A stretch of 64,000 bases of DNA from Eledone cirrhosa (GCA_964016885.1 OZ024762.1:7068001-7132000), one strand, 5' to 3'; shown: positions 1 through 13,376, counted from the stretch's first letter. A program made the numbers and translations. The notes: generated by a model not told the origin, from the sequence alone.

Positions 1-72
1 GCACTCACTGTAAATGAGGTTGGTGTTAGGAAGGGCATCCAGCTGTAGAAATCAAGCCAGAATCAGTTCCCG
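1..72 (+). mobile_element. 3' part of CORE-like SINE (cut by window edge)
   Basis: Matches 57120-57190 nearly exactly. Confidence 0.75.
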
Positions 73-128
73 CCCCTATAGTTCACGCTATAGTGATATG
101 ATGTTGTGATGTATATGGTGTTATAATG

Positions 129-632
129 CAGTGGTCGCCAACCTTTCAGACTTCACGGACCACTAAATTCATAATTCTAAATCCCATGGACCACTAATAT
201 GAATATTTTCAAAAAAATAAATACATTTGTAAAATAATTGTTTCTACTATTGGCACAAGGCCAGCAATGACCCCAGTACATTACTGGTACTTTATTTTAT
301 CAACCCCGTATTTTATTAAACAATACTGTAGTGTACGTGTGTTATATTGTCGGTAGAGGATACATATGTGTAAAATTATTTCATGGATCTTTCGTCACAA
401 ATTCTGTGACCTCTTCAGTGACTGGGGATTCTTTTCTTTGTTTTGTGCCTCTCCTTGGTTTCATGGATGTTAGTTCTTTACTGAGGAGAAACATTTTTAA
501 GGGTGTTATAAAATATATTTTAACCGAATATTATTTTTGTTTTATTATTAATAAAACAAAAATTGCAAATAATGTCTAAATTTGTCTACGGACCATAAAA
601 TGTTCTCTCGGACCACGAGTTGCCGACTGTTG
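129..632. mobile_element. hAT-type non-autonomous DNA transposon (MITE) with a nested SINE fragment (~235-310)
   Basis: Termini CAGTGGTCGCCAAC / GTTGCCGACTGTTG are imperfect TIRs. Flanked by an 8-bp TSD TTATAATG (121-128) / TTATAATA (633-640). Confidence 0.75.
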
Positions 633-694
633 TTATAATATATACAATATAATGTATATAGAATTATAGTATATATATATATATATATATAATC

Positions 695-952
695 ACTACC
701 ATCATTAACATCTCCCCACCACCATCACCACTAGCACCACCACCTCCATCACCACTACCACCATCACCACTACCACCATCACCACTAGCACCACCACCTC
801 CATCACCACTACCACCATTATCACAACCACCACCACCACCATCACCACTACCACCATCACCACTACCACCACCACCATCATCACCATCCCCATTATCACA
901 ACCACCACCACCATCACCACAACCACCACCACCACCACCACCACCACCACCA
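695..952. repeat. (CAC/CAT)n trinucleotide low-complexity tract
   Basis: Visible directly. Confidence 0.9.
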
Positions 953-1032
953 GTTGATGATTTTGGAACTAAGCCTGTTGTTAAACACATGCCATGCCAT
1001 TGCCATTTTCTGGGCGAGAAATACTTGCATTG

Positions 1033-1033
<1 letters not shown>

Positions 1034-1107
<74 letters not shown>

Positions 1108-1150
1108 GTATGTATATATATATATATATATGTATATATATGTATGTATG

Positions 1151-1181
<31 letters not shown>

Positions 1182-1228
1182 ATATGTATGTATATGTATA
1201 TATATTTATATATATATATATATGTATG

Positions 1229-1261
<33 letters not shown>

Positions 1262-1699
1262 GTATGTATGTATGTATGTATATATATATATATATATTTA
1301 TATATATGTATGTATGTGTATGTATGTATGTATATATGTATGTATATATATGTATGTATGTGTATGTATGTATGTATGTATGTATATGTATGTATGTATG
1401 TATGTGTATGTATGTATGTATGTATATATGTATGTATATATATATATATATTTATATATATGTATGTATGTGTATGTATATATGTATGTATGTATATATA
1501 TATGTATGTATGTATGTATGTGTAGGTATGTATGTATATGTATGTATGTATGTGTAGGTATGTATGTATATGTATGTATGTATATATATATATATATTTA
1601 TATGTATGTATATATGTATGTATATATATGTATGTATGTATATATGTATGTATGTATATATATATATATATATAATATATATTTATATGTGTGTGTGTT

Positions 1700-1730
<31 letters not shown>
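1034..1730. repeat. (TA)n/(TATG)n compound microsatellite
   Basis: Visible directly. Source of the YI/MYV pseudo-ORFs. Confidence 0.95.
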
Positions 1731-1733
<3 letters not shown>

Positions 1734-1895
1734 CACCCTGCCTTTTTTATGTTTACACTATTTTCTACAAATCTACTCAGTAAAATTTCATTTAAAGATT
1801 TCATTTTCTTTTTCCTTTATATTTTATATTTGCTGAAAAATTATATTTATCTTAGAAAACAATAATCTAAATTTTTCTTTTTCTTTTTTATCTAG

Positions 1896-1927
1896 GTAAG
1901 TGGAAAAGTGTTATATTTGCGCTGTGG
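1896..1927 (+). other. candidate 32-nt exon / recursive-splice-type site
   Basis: Long pyrimidine tract then TCTAG|GTAAGT at 1891-1901, with a second donor GG|GTAAGC at 1928. Two frames are open (VSGKVLYLRC or KWKSVIFALW). Confidence 0.4.
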
Positions 1928-2097
1928 GTAAGCCCAGAATTGGAATTTCTTTTCTACTCTCTTATAAATTCAGTTTGTAGACATGTTGCTTATTGGTTAA
2001 AGGTTTTAAATTAGCAATCATAAGGCCATGGGTAGAATTTCTGGACTGGGTGACTGTTTTGTTTAGCAAGATGCTTCATTTTGTATTGCTTTTCAGC

Positions 2098-2560
2098 ATA
2101 GGACTGAGGCCCCTATCATTAAGATACCCAAGAAATCTGCTATGAGAGGTAACCCCATAGGAAGTCAGCCAAACCTATTTTGGTGTGAACTGTAACAATG
2201 TCTGGGTGTGTGTGTGTGTGATAGGACTGGGACCCTATCATTAAGATACCCAAGAAATCTGCTATGAGAGGTAACCCCATAGGAAGTCAGCCAAACCTAT
2301 TTTGGTGTGAACTGTAACAACAATATACACATATGTCTGGGTGCGTGTGTGTGTGATAGGACTGGGACCCTATCATTAAAAAAACCCAAAGAAACCTCCT
2401 ATGAGATACAACCTTATAGGAAGTCAACTAAATCTACATATATGTGAACTGTATCTACAACAACCTATTAGGACTAGAGTCCTCTATCATTTAAAAATCC
2501 CCAAACCTCCTTTGAGATGCAATCTTGTAAGCCAAAGTAGCTAAACCTACATAGGTTTAG
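2098..2560. repeat. diverged tandem repeat, ~110-135-bp unit x4
   Basis: Unit start ATAGGACTG...CCCTATCATTAA recurs at ~2098, 2221, 2356 and 2469. Confidence 0.8.
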
Positions 2561-2780
2561 CCCTTTAATGTTCAAACTGGCCAACACCGGCCAGAATTCT
2601 CTACCTCTTTCTGTTGAAACTGGCTGTAACTGGTCGCTCAAACTGATGTTAAGGTATTGTTCTCAAAATAAATACTTTCAAAATCTCATAGATTCGATAT
2701 TATGTGAGATAATTATGTGAGGTAAAGCCTTTACCATGAAAATATAATAGTATATATAGAGTAATGTGAATGCTAAAGGG
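2561..2780. mobile_element. piggyBac-like MITE
   Basis: CCCTTTA...TAAAGGG termini, flanked by TTAG/TTAA. Confidence 0.5.
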
Positions 2781-3104
2781 TTAAGCTTTAAATTTCATTT
2801 CACTTCTCATTTCAAGTTCATTTGATAAAAGAAGACATGATTGTGTGTGTGTTCTGTTGTCCAGCCTAGAAAATACAGCACCAGACCAGTAAGGGGTTCT
2901 CTTACCTTTCAGCATCTCCCTGTCTGAGCATGGCCATAGTTTCAGGACTGAAACAAGTAGAAGAATAACAAGCCATTTTGGGGTGTGGGGTGGGGGACAT
3001 AGTTCGTGTATTCTGCAAAGAAACAACTCTCTCTCTCTCTCTATCTGTCTGTTTGTAGGTCTCTCTGAATCTCTTTCTCTCTTTGTTTGTTTGTCCCTCT
3101 GAAT

Positions 3105-3105
3105 G

Positions 3106-3150
<45 letters not shown>

Positions 3151-3450
3151 CTCTCTTTCTACCTCTCTCTCTCTCGCTCTCTCTACCCCCTCTCTCTACC
3201 CCCTCTCTCTACCCCCTCTCTCTACCCCCTCTCTCTACCCCCTCTCTCTCTACCTCTCTCTCTCTATCCCCTCTCTCTACCTCTCTCTCTACCCTCTCTC
3301 TCTCTACCTCTCTCTCTCTACCCCTCTCTCTCTCTCTCTACCTCTCTCTCTACCTCTCTCTCTACCCTCTCTCTCTCTACCTCCCTCTCTCTACCCCTCT
3401 CTCTCTCTCTACCTCTCTCTCTACCTCTCTCTCTACCCCACCTCTCTCTG
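3105..3450. repeat. CT-rich microsatellite
   Basis: Visible directly. Confidence 0.95.
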
Positions 3451-3671
3451 TAAGTCACTCTGTCTGTCTGTGTCAGGGTAGGTTCCAGTACTCTGCCATA
3501 ACACCAATCTGACAGTAGTGACTGTCCCTATAAACAAAAGTTCTGTTTGAATTATTAAAGGAAAATATTATTGAAAATGTTGAGATATTTCCATATTGAA
3601 AGTACGGCAGGCAGAATAATATTGCATCTGTTTTTATCAAAGAATAATATTGGTTTAAGTTGGTGCTGCCC

Positions 3672-4075
3672 CTGTCTGGCTGTCTGTCTGGCTGGCTGTC
3701 TGTCTGGCTGTCTGGCTGGCTGTCTGTCTGGCTGGCTGGCTGGCTGACTCTCTGGCTGGCTGGCTGGCTGGCTGGCTCTCTGGCTGTCTGCCTGGCTCTC
3801 TGGCTGGCTGGCTGGCTGACTCTCTGGCTGGCTGACTGGCTGCCTGGCTGGCTGGCTCTCTGGCTGGCTGGCTGGCTGGCTGACTGGCTGGATGGCTGGA
3901 TGGCTGGCTGGCTGGCTGGATCTCTGGCTGGCTCTCTGGCTGGCTGGCTGGCTGGCTGGCTCTCTGGCTGGCTGGCTGGCTGCCTGGATCTCTGGCTGGC
4001 TCTCTGGCTGGCTGCCTGGATCTCTGGCTGGCTGGCTGTGTACATGTCTGTTTGTCTGGCTGGCTGGCTATGTAC
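3672..4075. repeat. (CTGG)n compound microsatellite
   Basis: Visible directly. Source of the QPAS/LAGW pseudo-ORFs. Confidence 0.95.
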
Positions 4076-4136
4076 ATAGTTGTCTGTCTAGTTGACTGTG
4101 TACATGTCTGTATGTCTGTCTGTCTGTCTGACTCTA

Positions 4137-4245
<109 letters not shown>

Positions 4246-5538
4246 CTAGCTAGCTCTTTGTCTATCTTACTCTCTATTTCTCAGTCTGTTTGTAGGTCAC
4301 TCTGTCAATCTTTGAGTAACAACTCCAACCCCTCACCACCACCACATAGCCCCATCTCCTGACCCCTGCTCCACCACATAGCCCCATCTCCTGACCCGTG
4401 CTCCACCACATAACTCCATCTCCTGGCCCCCGCACCACCGCCACTACCATCTCCACACCATTTAGTGTCATTTTTCATTTAGCTGTATGCATTAATTACT
4501 TCTTGGTATGATAATTAACTTCTAATTTATATATGAGAAGCCATTATAAGGTATTACTAATTAGGGAGAGCAGAGAGCAGTAGCACAGCCACACCTCTAC
4601 CACCACCACTACCACTGAAGGTTGTTAATAGGTGTGGTGGGAGAGGAAAGAAGGTTCTGTTACTCTGTGCTGTCCCCCTCTTCAAATTTCATACTTTAAT
4701 CATCATCATCATCATCATCATCATCATTATCATCATCATCATCATCATTATCATTATCATCATAATCATAGACCCCAAAAGGTCCATGGATGCCTTCTGC
4801 AATTTCCTTTAAGCAGTTCTGTCCTCTACCATTCTGATCACCTCCAAGGGACTCCTGTTGGTCTATGCACAGTTGTCACTCATCCAGCACCTTTTTGGCT
4901 GCCCTTTTCCCCCCTGCGGTCTGGCACATCCATGTAATACAGTGCTAGCCAGTCTAAGTCCTTGGGGTATCTCATTACATGGCCAACACCCTTCAGCTTA
5001 TGATCTTCTGTTATCTTTAATATAATGTCTAATATAGAAATTATATTAACTGTTTCATTACTGTATTTCTAATAATATACACTGTCGTCTATGATTTTCA
5101 AACAGTTTGAAAATAATTAAGAATTTGGAGGGAATATGTACTATAACTAACTTTCTCATTATTAAGCTGTTGTTTGGAACATAAAGTTTCTTTATATAAA
5201 ATTATGATGGAAAGTTTTTAGATAAATATAAACATTTTAATCATTTCATTTACAATATTTTTAATGAAAGATACTCTACAAGTTTCAAATAATTTTGAAA
5301 ATAACCAAGAATTTTTTGTATGTACTTTGTAATATAACTAACTTTCTCATTACTAAGCAGGTGTTCGAAGCATAACAAAAGTTGTGATGGAAATTTTTTT
5401 AAAAATATAAGTCTGAACAATTTAAAACAAACAGTTCAGTCTTGTAGAACTAGAAGTCATTTCAGATTGTGTTGTTATCAAAAGGCTTAAATTATATTAT
5501 TTCAATTTTATTTATTCATTATCTAATTCTTATCTTTA

Positions 5539-5740
5539 CACATTCCCACAGAACTACACTGCATCTTATTGCACATTCCCACAGAACTACACTGCATCTT
5601 ATTGCACATTCCCACAGAACTACACTGCATCTTATTGCACATTCCCACAGAACTACACTGTATCTTATTGCACATTCCCACAGAACTACACTGTATCTTA
5701 TTGCACATTCCCACAGAACTACACTGTATCTTATTGCACA
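5539..5740. repeat. 33-bp minisatellite x6
   Basis: Unit CACATTCCCACAGAACTACACTG(C/T)ATCTTATTG. Confidence 0.95.
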
Positions 5741-5774
5741 CTGCTTAATGAGCTTCTTGTAAACACTTTGAGGT

Positions 5775-6320
5775 TTGGTGGATTGGCAGTATCGGTAGAG
5801 GGTCGGACACCATGCTTTGCAGCATAGTTACGGCCCTTTATGATCTGAGTTCAAACCCCACTGAGGTTAACTTTGCCTTCCATCCTTACGGGGTCGATAA
5901 AATAAAGTACCAGTCATGCACTGGGATTGATTTAAGCGACTTTCCCCTCCCCCAAAATTGTTGGTCTTGTGCCTATATAAGAAGCCATTTCCCACCGTGG
6001 TTGACTTTGCCTTTCATCCTTACGGGGTCAATAAAATAAAGTACCAGTAATGCACTGGGTAATTGCTGGCCTTGTGCCTAAAGTAGAAACAATTATTATT
6101 AGGGTGGTGGATTGGCAGTATTAGTAGAGCATTGGATATGATTTGAGGCATAGAGTTACAGTCCTTTAGGTTCTGAATTCAATTCCTGCTAAAGTTAGCT
6201 TTGCCTTTCATTCCTAGGGGGTTGATAAATAAAGTACCAGTAACACACTGGGGCCAATTTAATCACCTTTCCCCTTCAAATTACTGGCCTTGTGATAAAA
6301 GTAGTAACAATTATTACAAT
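5775..6320 (+). mobile_element. cluster of SINE family 2 copies (tRNA-like head; TTTGCCTTTCATCCTTACGGGGTCGATAAAATAAAGTACCAGT core)
   Basis: The same ~190-bp sequence recurs about 15 times in the window on both strands. B-box-like GAGTTCAAATCC present. Confidence 0.8.
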
Positions 6321-6345
6321 TATTATTGTTATATGATGGTGGTGT

Positions 6346-6670
6346 GAAGGTGTGTGGTTTAGTGGTTAGGGTATTCATCTCAGAATCGTAAGGTTGTGAG
6401 TTTGATTCCCTGTGGTGCATTATGTCCTTCAGCAAGGCACTTTATTTCATGTTGCTCCAGTCCACTTAGCTGGCAAATATTAGTTGAAACTGAAATTCGA
6501 TGGACCACCATTATCACATTCTGTGTCACACTGAATCTCCCTGAGAACTACATTAAAGGTATGCATGTCTATGGAATGCTCAGCCCCTTGGCATGTTAAT
6601 TTCACAAGCAAGCTGTTCCATTGGTTGTAATCATTTTAACTAGACCACTTGTAACTGACGGGAGTGCCCG
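6346..6670 (+). mobile_element. older CORE-like tRNA SINE with a different tail
   Basis: Head and centre align to 22055-22200. The tail differs. Confidence 0.6.
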
Positions 6671-7149
6671 GTTTGTTTTATTTATGAGGGTATTGGATTG
6701 GCAGAATTGACAGTGCATGGGATAAAGTGATGGTGGCCTCATAAAATGTACAGTTTACTCTGTAAAGTGTAAGAAAAAGTACAATCCCAGTTGAGAAAGA
6801 AATTAATAGCTCTAACTTCTAACTTGGTCTGTAATGACCTGGCCAACACTTGTCAGCCCCCCCCCCCCACACACACACACACATACACACCCAGATGTTA
6901 AATGATGATGATGATGGTGGTGGCATATATACCATATAGTGTATTTTATCAGAAATATGCTAACCAAAGGGTTAACAGAGTTTGTGATGAATTGGCTTAG
7001 AATACATACTGAATGGCAATAGGCTTGGCTCAATAAATGTCAAATGATGACAGGAAGTAAATGGGAATGGTGAACTAAATATCTCTCTCTATCTCCCTAT
7101 CTCTCTATCTCTCTATCTCTCTATCTATATATCTCTCTATCTATCTTTA

Positions 7150-7196
<47 letters not shown>

Positions 7197-7480
7197 TCTA
7201 TCTAGTGTCGTGTAATTATAACCTCCTTCATAATGTGTGTGTGTGTGTGTAGATGTGACTATGTGTTCATTTCTGCTGGTGTGACTCTCTAGGTGTGACT
7301 GTGACTGTGGGTGTGACTCTGTCTGTGTGTGTGCATGTGTATGTATGTGTATGCAGGCACACTCCTCACACAGATATAAAAGTAAGGCAATAGTAAAACA
7401 TTTTATATTTTTAAATATCTAAACATCTGACTTCAAGGAAGGAGAGAGTGTATCGTGTTATATATATATATATATATATA

Positions 7481-7662
7481 ACAAAGGAAATGTGGTAAGG
7501 AACCAGGTGGACCATAACGCACCAAAGTACTCAACACTTAGGGTAGTAGAGTGGGTAATAGGAACGAGTAGGACCCCGATGGCTGAGCTCAAGCCGTTTC
7601 GACGGCTAATTCAGAGAAATAGCCTTCGAAACAGCTTGAGCTCAGCCGTCGGGGTCCTACTC

Positions 7663-7665
<3 letters not shown>
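7481..7665 (-). mobile_element. TA-embedded fold-back cassette, family A (Penelope-like terminus)
   Basis: Inverted arms 7563-7608/7620-7665 plus an unpaired tail, with (TA)n on both sides. Relatives at 7718-7838, 21751-21900, 23116-23204 and 58248-58432. Confidence 0.6.
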
Positions 7666-7719
<54 letters not shown>

Positions 7720-7836
7720 TGAAAGTATGACCCGGATGGCAGAGCTCAAGCCATTTCGACGGCTATTTCTACTACCCTAAGTATTGAGTACTCTGGTGTG
7801 TTATGGTCCATCTGGTTCCTTACCACAACTCCTTCG

Positions 7837-7875
<39 letters not shown>

Positions 7876-8009
7876 AGAATGAAACGAAATTTCATTTCTC
7901 ATTCTTAGTACGGCAGTTACTTAAATGCAAGTATGTATGTATACGTACATACATATATGTATACAGACGTACAGTAGTATGTATATATATACATACATGC
8001 ACACATATA

Positions 8010-8185
8010 TAAATAATAATAATAATGAAATATTGTGTACATGTGCTCAGGTGCACTACAACTCATCAAAAAGTGTATGTATAGTGCATAGGGTAATGTA
8101 CAAACGTCAGGAAAATGAACAGTGCATGAGTCATGATATACACATGTGTGCATGTGTATATCATGACTCAGGTGTGCATGTGTAT
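8010..8185 (-). mobile_element. CR1-type LINE 3' UTR fragment
   Basis: Reverse complement of 32260-32412, including the (ATT)n tail. Confidence 0.7.
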
Positions 8186-8303
8186 ATATATACACGTATC
8201 AGTTTACCGAACTTTTATTATAATGCTCGGTTTGTATATAAGCAAAATCTGTTTTCACTCTAATAAGGTGGATATGTAAAGGCATTTGTGAGTGAATAAT
8301 GAC

Positions 8304-8557
8304 GATATCGTTTATATTCCGTTTGTTTGCAAGCAAATAGCCTCATGGACGATGTGTTCTAGACAACTAAAGTCATCCTTTTGTTCCAGTGGTAGCGGAG
8401 AGAAAAGCAATCTTGATAAGGGGCAATAACCTCCGAAATAATTGTAGATTGTTTTTCTCTCTGCTACCACTGGATCAAAAGGATGACTTTAATTGTCTAG
8501 AACACATGTCCTATAATGAGGCTGTTTGCTTGCAGATGAACAGAATATTAATGATAT
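8304..8557. repeat. ~250-bp imperfect fold-back (MITE-like)
   Basis: Arms ~8304-8412 and ~8447-8557, e.g. TGTGTTCTAGACAA / TTGTCTAGAACACA and CCAGTGGTAGC / GCTACCACTGG. Confidence 0.75.
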
Positions 8558-8574
8558 AATATTATTATTATTAT

Positions 8575-8752
8575 TCAGTATCGGTAGAGGGTTGGACGCC
8601 ATGCTTTCCAGCATAGTTACGTCCCTTTACAGTCTGAGTTCAAATCCCGCCGAGGTTAACTTTGCCTTTCATCCTTACGAGGAGGTCGATAAAATAAAGT
8701 ACCAGTAATGTACTGGGTAATTGCTGGCCTTGTGCCAACAGTAGAAACAATT
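8575..8752 (+). mobile_element. SINE family 2
   Basis: Aligns to 44134-44320. Confidence 0.85.
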
Positions 8753-10599
8753 ATATGTTGAGTGTAATACCTTGATTGACAAATGTTGATAATTCTTTTG
8801 TCAACAAGAACCAGGGTTGAATTACATAATAAGCTACATTGAAGAATCCATGTTTAGGGAGTGAGGTCAAAAATGGGATGTGGCTGTAATTTTATTTTAC
8901 TAGTATTCTAGGAATTGAATGACAATATCCCAGACATCATTTACCAAGTGGGGTGGGGGGGGGGGACTTAATTCACAAATGGCGATTGTTTTTTATTTTC
9001 AATTTTGTCAAGAACCTGGGTAGGGGATTTTTACTGGAGAAAAATCCATGTTTGGGGAGTGATGAAGGGCAGGCGGGGGGTGATGGTGGTGGTGGTGGGA
9101 TGTAGGTGTACTTTTTTACACTTGTCTGTTTTGTTGTAACCCAACTCCTTTTGAAATCATTTTTATATTTTATATATATATATCTGACAGATATTCATTG
9201 AATGAGTGTATGTGAAAGGATGATCATATTTTGACCTTTAATATGGCCACCACTTCACCGGTCCCTTCCACCTCCTCCTCTTGTTGTTGTGCTGCTGGTG
9301 GTGATGGTGGTGCTGCTGTAGTTGGTGGTGGTGGTGCTGTAGTTGGTGGTGATGCTGTTGTAGTTGGTGGTGGTGGTGGTGCTGTTGTAGTTGGTGGTGA
9401 TGCTGTTGTAGTTGGTGGTGGTGGTGCTGCTGCAGTTGGTGGTGGTGCTGTTGTAGTTGGTGGTGGTGGTGGTGGTGCTGTTGTAGTTGGTGGTGGTGCT
9501 GCTGTAGTTGGTGGTGGTGGTGGTGGTGGTGCTGTTGTAGTTGGCGCTGCTGCTGCTAATGTTACACATTTTCTGATTCTGAATGAAAGAGAAAATATTG
9601 TCAGTTTCTGCTGTGGAGGCAACAGGTTTCCTGTTTTTGTCAGCCCATTCCTGTAGGGGGGGGGGGGGGGGGTAACATGGTGGGGGGGGGTAGCCGTTAT
9701 GGTGGTGGTGGGGGGGAGTGAGGTGGGGGGGTAATGGGGGTGGAGATGGCTGTTATGGTGGTGGTGGTGGTGGTGGTGGAGATGCAGTGGTGGGAGTGAT
9801 GTGGTGGTGGGAGTAATGGGGTGGAGATGGCTGTTATAGTGGTGGTGGTGGTGGTGGTGGGGGTGGGGAGATGTGGTCGTGGTGGGAGTGATGGGGTGGT
9901 GGTGGAGATGGCTGTTATGGTGGTGGTAGTGGTGGTGATAGTGATGGTGTTCTAGTGTGGTGAAGCAGAGTAGTGGAAATGGGATGATGGTGGTAATGAC
10001 AATGACGATGGTTATGATGATGATGGTAATGATGATGATGATGGTGGTGGTGGTGGTGGTGGTGGTGGTGATGGTGGTGGTGGTGATGGTGGTGGTGGTG
10101 GTGGTGGTGGTGGTGGTGGTGGTGGTGGTGGTGGTGGTGGTGGTGATGATGATGGCAATGACTATGACAGGTTTTGTGAATGTTGGTCACACTGATGGAG
10201 GAGTGTCTGTTATTCTTTGTCTCCTATCACCCCCCCCCCCCCCACACACACACGCACACACCTCCCACCCCCACCCTTGAATATTTGACCCATTGACCCC
10301 CAGAGCTGATCATCCTCCCACTCATGCTTATTAAGTAATTATTGGGATGAGAAGAGGAAAAGATATTTTTTTTTTTTATATATAAAAGAAAAAAAAAAAA
10401 AAGAAGGGAAAGAAAAAGACAAGAAAGAAGAGAGAACAGGGGGGGGGGGGGGATTTACGTTTTTTTTTTTTTTTTTTGCCTCCTGTCATATCAACTGCCA
10501 TGCTTAGTGAGACCAAGCAAGTTGGCTCTTTTAGCATATATACTCACACACATACAGATACATATATACATATATACATACGTACATATATACACACAC

Positions 10600-10630
<31 letters not shown>

Positions 10631-11117
10631 CAAACAGACATATATATATGTGTGTACACATACATATCCATCCATAAATACATGCATGCATACAAAGATA
10701 CATATATACATATATACATATATACATATATACATATACAAACAGACATAACCCATGCTAGCGTGGAAGAACGGACGTAAAACGGTGATGATGATGATGA
10801 TGATACATATATACATATATACAAACATACATACATGTGGTGGTGGTGGTGGTGAGAGTGGTAGAGAGAGGGTGGTGGTGATGGAGAGATGGTAGTGGTG
10901 GTGAGGGAGGGAGGGAGACAGAGGCGGTGGTGGTGGTGGTGGTGGTGGTGGTGGTGGTGAGAGTGGTAGAGAGAGGGTGGTGGTGACGGAGAGGTGGTGG
11001 TGGGGTGGTGGTGAGGGAGGGAGAGAGAGACGGTGCTGGTGGTGACAGATAGAGAAAAAGAGAGATGGTGGTGAGGGGGATATATATATATATGTACACA
11101 TACATATCCATCCATAA

Positions 11118-11148
<31 letters not shown>

Positions 11149-11548
11149 CATATATACAAACATACATATATATGTACACATACATATCCATCCATAAATA
11201 CATACATACATACAAACATACATATATAGATACATACACATACATCTATCCATCCATACAGACAGACAGAGAACAGAGTTTGTACACACTGACTTCTGAT
11301 ATCAATGAAAACTTTTAAGGACTGTTTTGTCAGATATTTGTCTTTGTGGGACATACATGTACACACACTTCTACACACACATCATCATCATGTCCCCTGT
11401 TAATAAGGGTTGGTCATGTCATCACAAACCCTTAATACTCAATCAGACTCTCTAACCTTCAGCTGGGCTGGGAACCAGGGCATCTGACATTTGATCCCTT
11501 ACTCAGCCCTGGGAACCAGGGCACCTGACATTTGATCCAAACTTTAGG

Positions 11549-11840
11549 GAGATTGTCATGTCTTTCATACAACTGAAGAGTCCTTTCTATCCATTCTTTG
11601 GCAGGTTTTCTACAACCTATCAGCAACCACTTTACAGAGTGTACTGGGTGTGTTCATCATGAAGATCACCAACACTAGCGAGATTGTCATGTCTTTCATA
11701 CAACTGAAGAGTCCTTTCTATCCATTCTTTGGCAGGTTTTTTACAACCTATCAGCAACCACTTTACAGAGTGTACTGGGTGTGTTCATCATGAAGATCAC
11801 CAACACTAGCGAGGTTGTCATGTCTTTCATACAACTGAAG
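11549..11840. repeat. 131-bp tandem duplication x2.2
   Basis: GAG(A/G)TTGTCATGTCTTTCATACAACTGAAG at 11549, 11680 and 11811. Confidence 0.9.
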
Positions 11841-12040
11841 GAGCCTTCCAACTCTTTGTTTCACAAGTTTTCTATGGCTGGTTGTCTTTCTCATCACCAA
11901 CCAATTTATATAGAACATTGGGTGCATATTTCACGTAAATCACCAACTATTTGCAAATGAGCTTCATCAGTTGATGTTCATAAACATAGATACTATAAAC
12001 TTTTAGCTTATTTTTGATATAGCACCCAAACAGAGTTAAC

Positions 12041-12082
12041 CCCTCTGAAGATGGTTGACAAACCAGAAACGGCTATTAAGGT
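12041..12082 (+). ncRNA. degenerate hammerhead-like motif
   Basis: CTGAAGA-TGGTT gaca AACCA-GAAA with a perfect stem II. Stems I and III are weak. Confidence 0.4.
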
Positions 12083-12409
12083 GCTCTCCCTTGCATGCTA
12101 AAGACCAGTGGTAAAAATCACCACTTCTAAAATTCATACCACAGTTATAAAAATGTTTATTTACATGAATATTTTGTATTTTGTTCAATATACAACCCTC
12201 AGTCACATATCAATCATGCTATGTGAGAGCATAGCTACTTCTCATATATGTATGTGTGTGTATATATATATGTGTGTGTATATATGTGTGTGTATGTTAA
12301 AGGATTCAAATATGAATTATGTTTACTGCTCTTTTGACTGATTTACCACCTCGGTACAATATTTCTAATAAAAGACACTGTCTATGGTTTTTAATTAATT
12401 TTGAAACTA

Positions 12410-12742
12410 CAGTGGAACATCAGTTCACAAACACCTCTCATCATGAACAAATCGGTTCACGAACAATTTTTCCAAACATAAAATATCTCTGTTTTACACC
12501 AATGGCGTCCTAAGTAATTAACGCACAAGCTGGCAATGACGGTTGACAACAAGCTGGGAGTATCGGCGGGGAAACTGTCATTTGCTGTGTAGTTAGTTAC
12601 TATGGTGATATCTTTCACACACAATCTCTCACTGTATTTCTCTCTCAACATTTCGTATGTAGAAAATATCTTTGGTGTACAAACATTTCGGGTGACAAAT
12701 GGCCTTCAGGAATGAAGTAAGTCATGGACCATCGTTCCACTG
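12410..12742. mobile_element. pogo/Tigger-type MITE
   Basis: TIR CAGTGGAAC / GTTCCACTG with TA on both sides. Nested in an AT-rich repeat. Confidence 0.75.
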
Positions 12743-13121
12743 TAATCAATAATTTGGAAGGAGTTTGTAATATAAGTAACTTCCTCATTATTAATCTGCT
12801 GTTTGGAACATAACTTAACAAAGGTTCTTATATAAAGATCTTGAATTGTGAAGGAAGGTTTTTAGATAAGTATAAATGCTATAAAATCTTTAATTTCATA
12901 TTCAGGAACCAGGGGCAATTTCGAGGGTGGGGTATGAAAATGGTTAAAGGTGTCAGACAAAAATTATAACATAAAGGTAATAGTAGTTGTTGTTGTGTGC
13001 GTGTGGGGGTGGTGGGTGTTAGTAATAGTAGTAGTATAGTAGTGGTGGTGGTGGTCGGGGTAGTAGTAGTAGAGGTATTGATGATGGTTATGGTGGTGGT
13101 AGTAGTAGTGGTTGTCAGAAC

Positions 13122-13160
<39 letters not shown>

Positions 13161-13338
13161 CGGGATAGTTGTGATTGTGATGGTGGCAGTAGTAGTAGTA
13201 GTAGTAGTAGTAGTGTTGGTGTTAAATAGAGCATTAGTTACAGTTAGTGTGCGGATGAGGAGGAGGGGGGGGAGGCAAAGTCTGTGATTTAGTTAAATGT
13301 CTAAGTGTGTAGGTCAGTGAATGTGAAGGTTCACTGAG

Positions 13339-13376
<38 letters not shown>

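Noticed and set aside
954-1865. Long YI/MYVC/HT/SL/VVV/PPT ORFs here and throughout the ORF track
   Set aside because: They are translations of stop-free microsatellites, open in several frames and on both strands, with no protein motifs.
2906-2947. 42-nt minus-strand exon (TTTCAG|...AAG|GTAAGA)
   Set aside because: The acceptor comes from an antisense SINE-type tail (GACTGAAACAAGTAGAAGAATAA, cf. 32770-32787). There is no other support.
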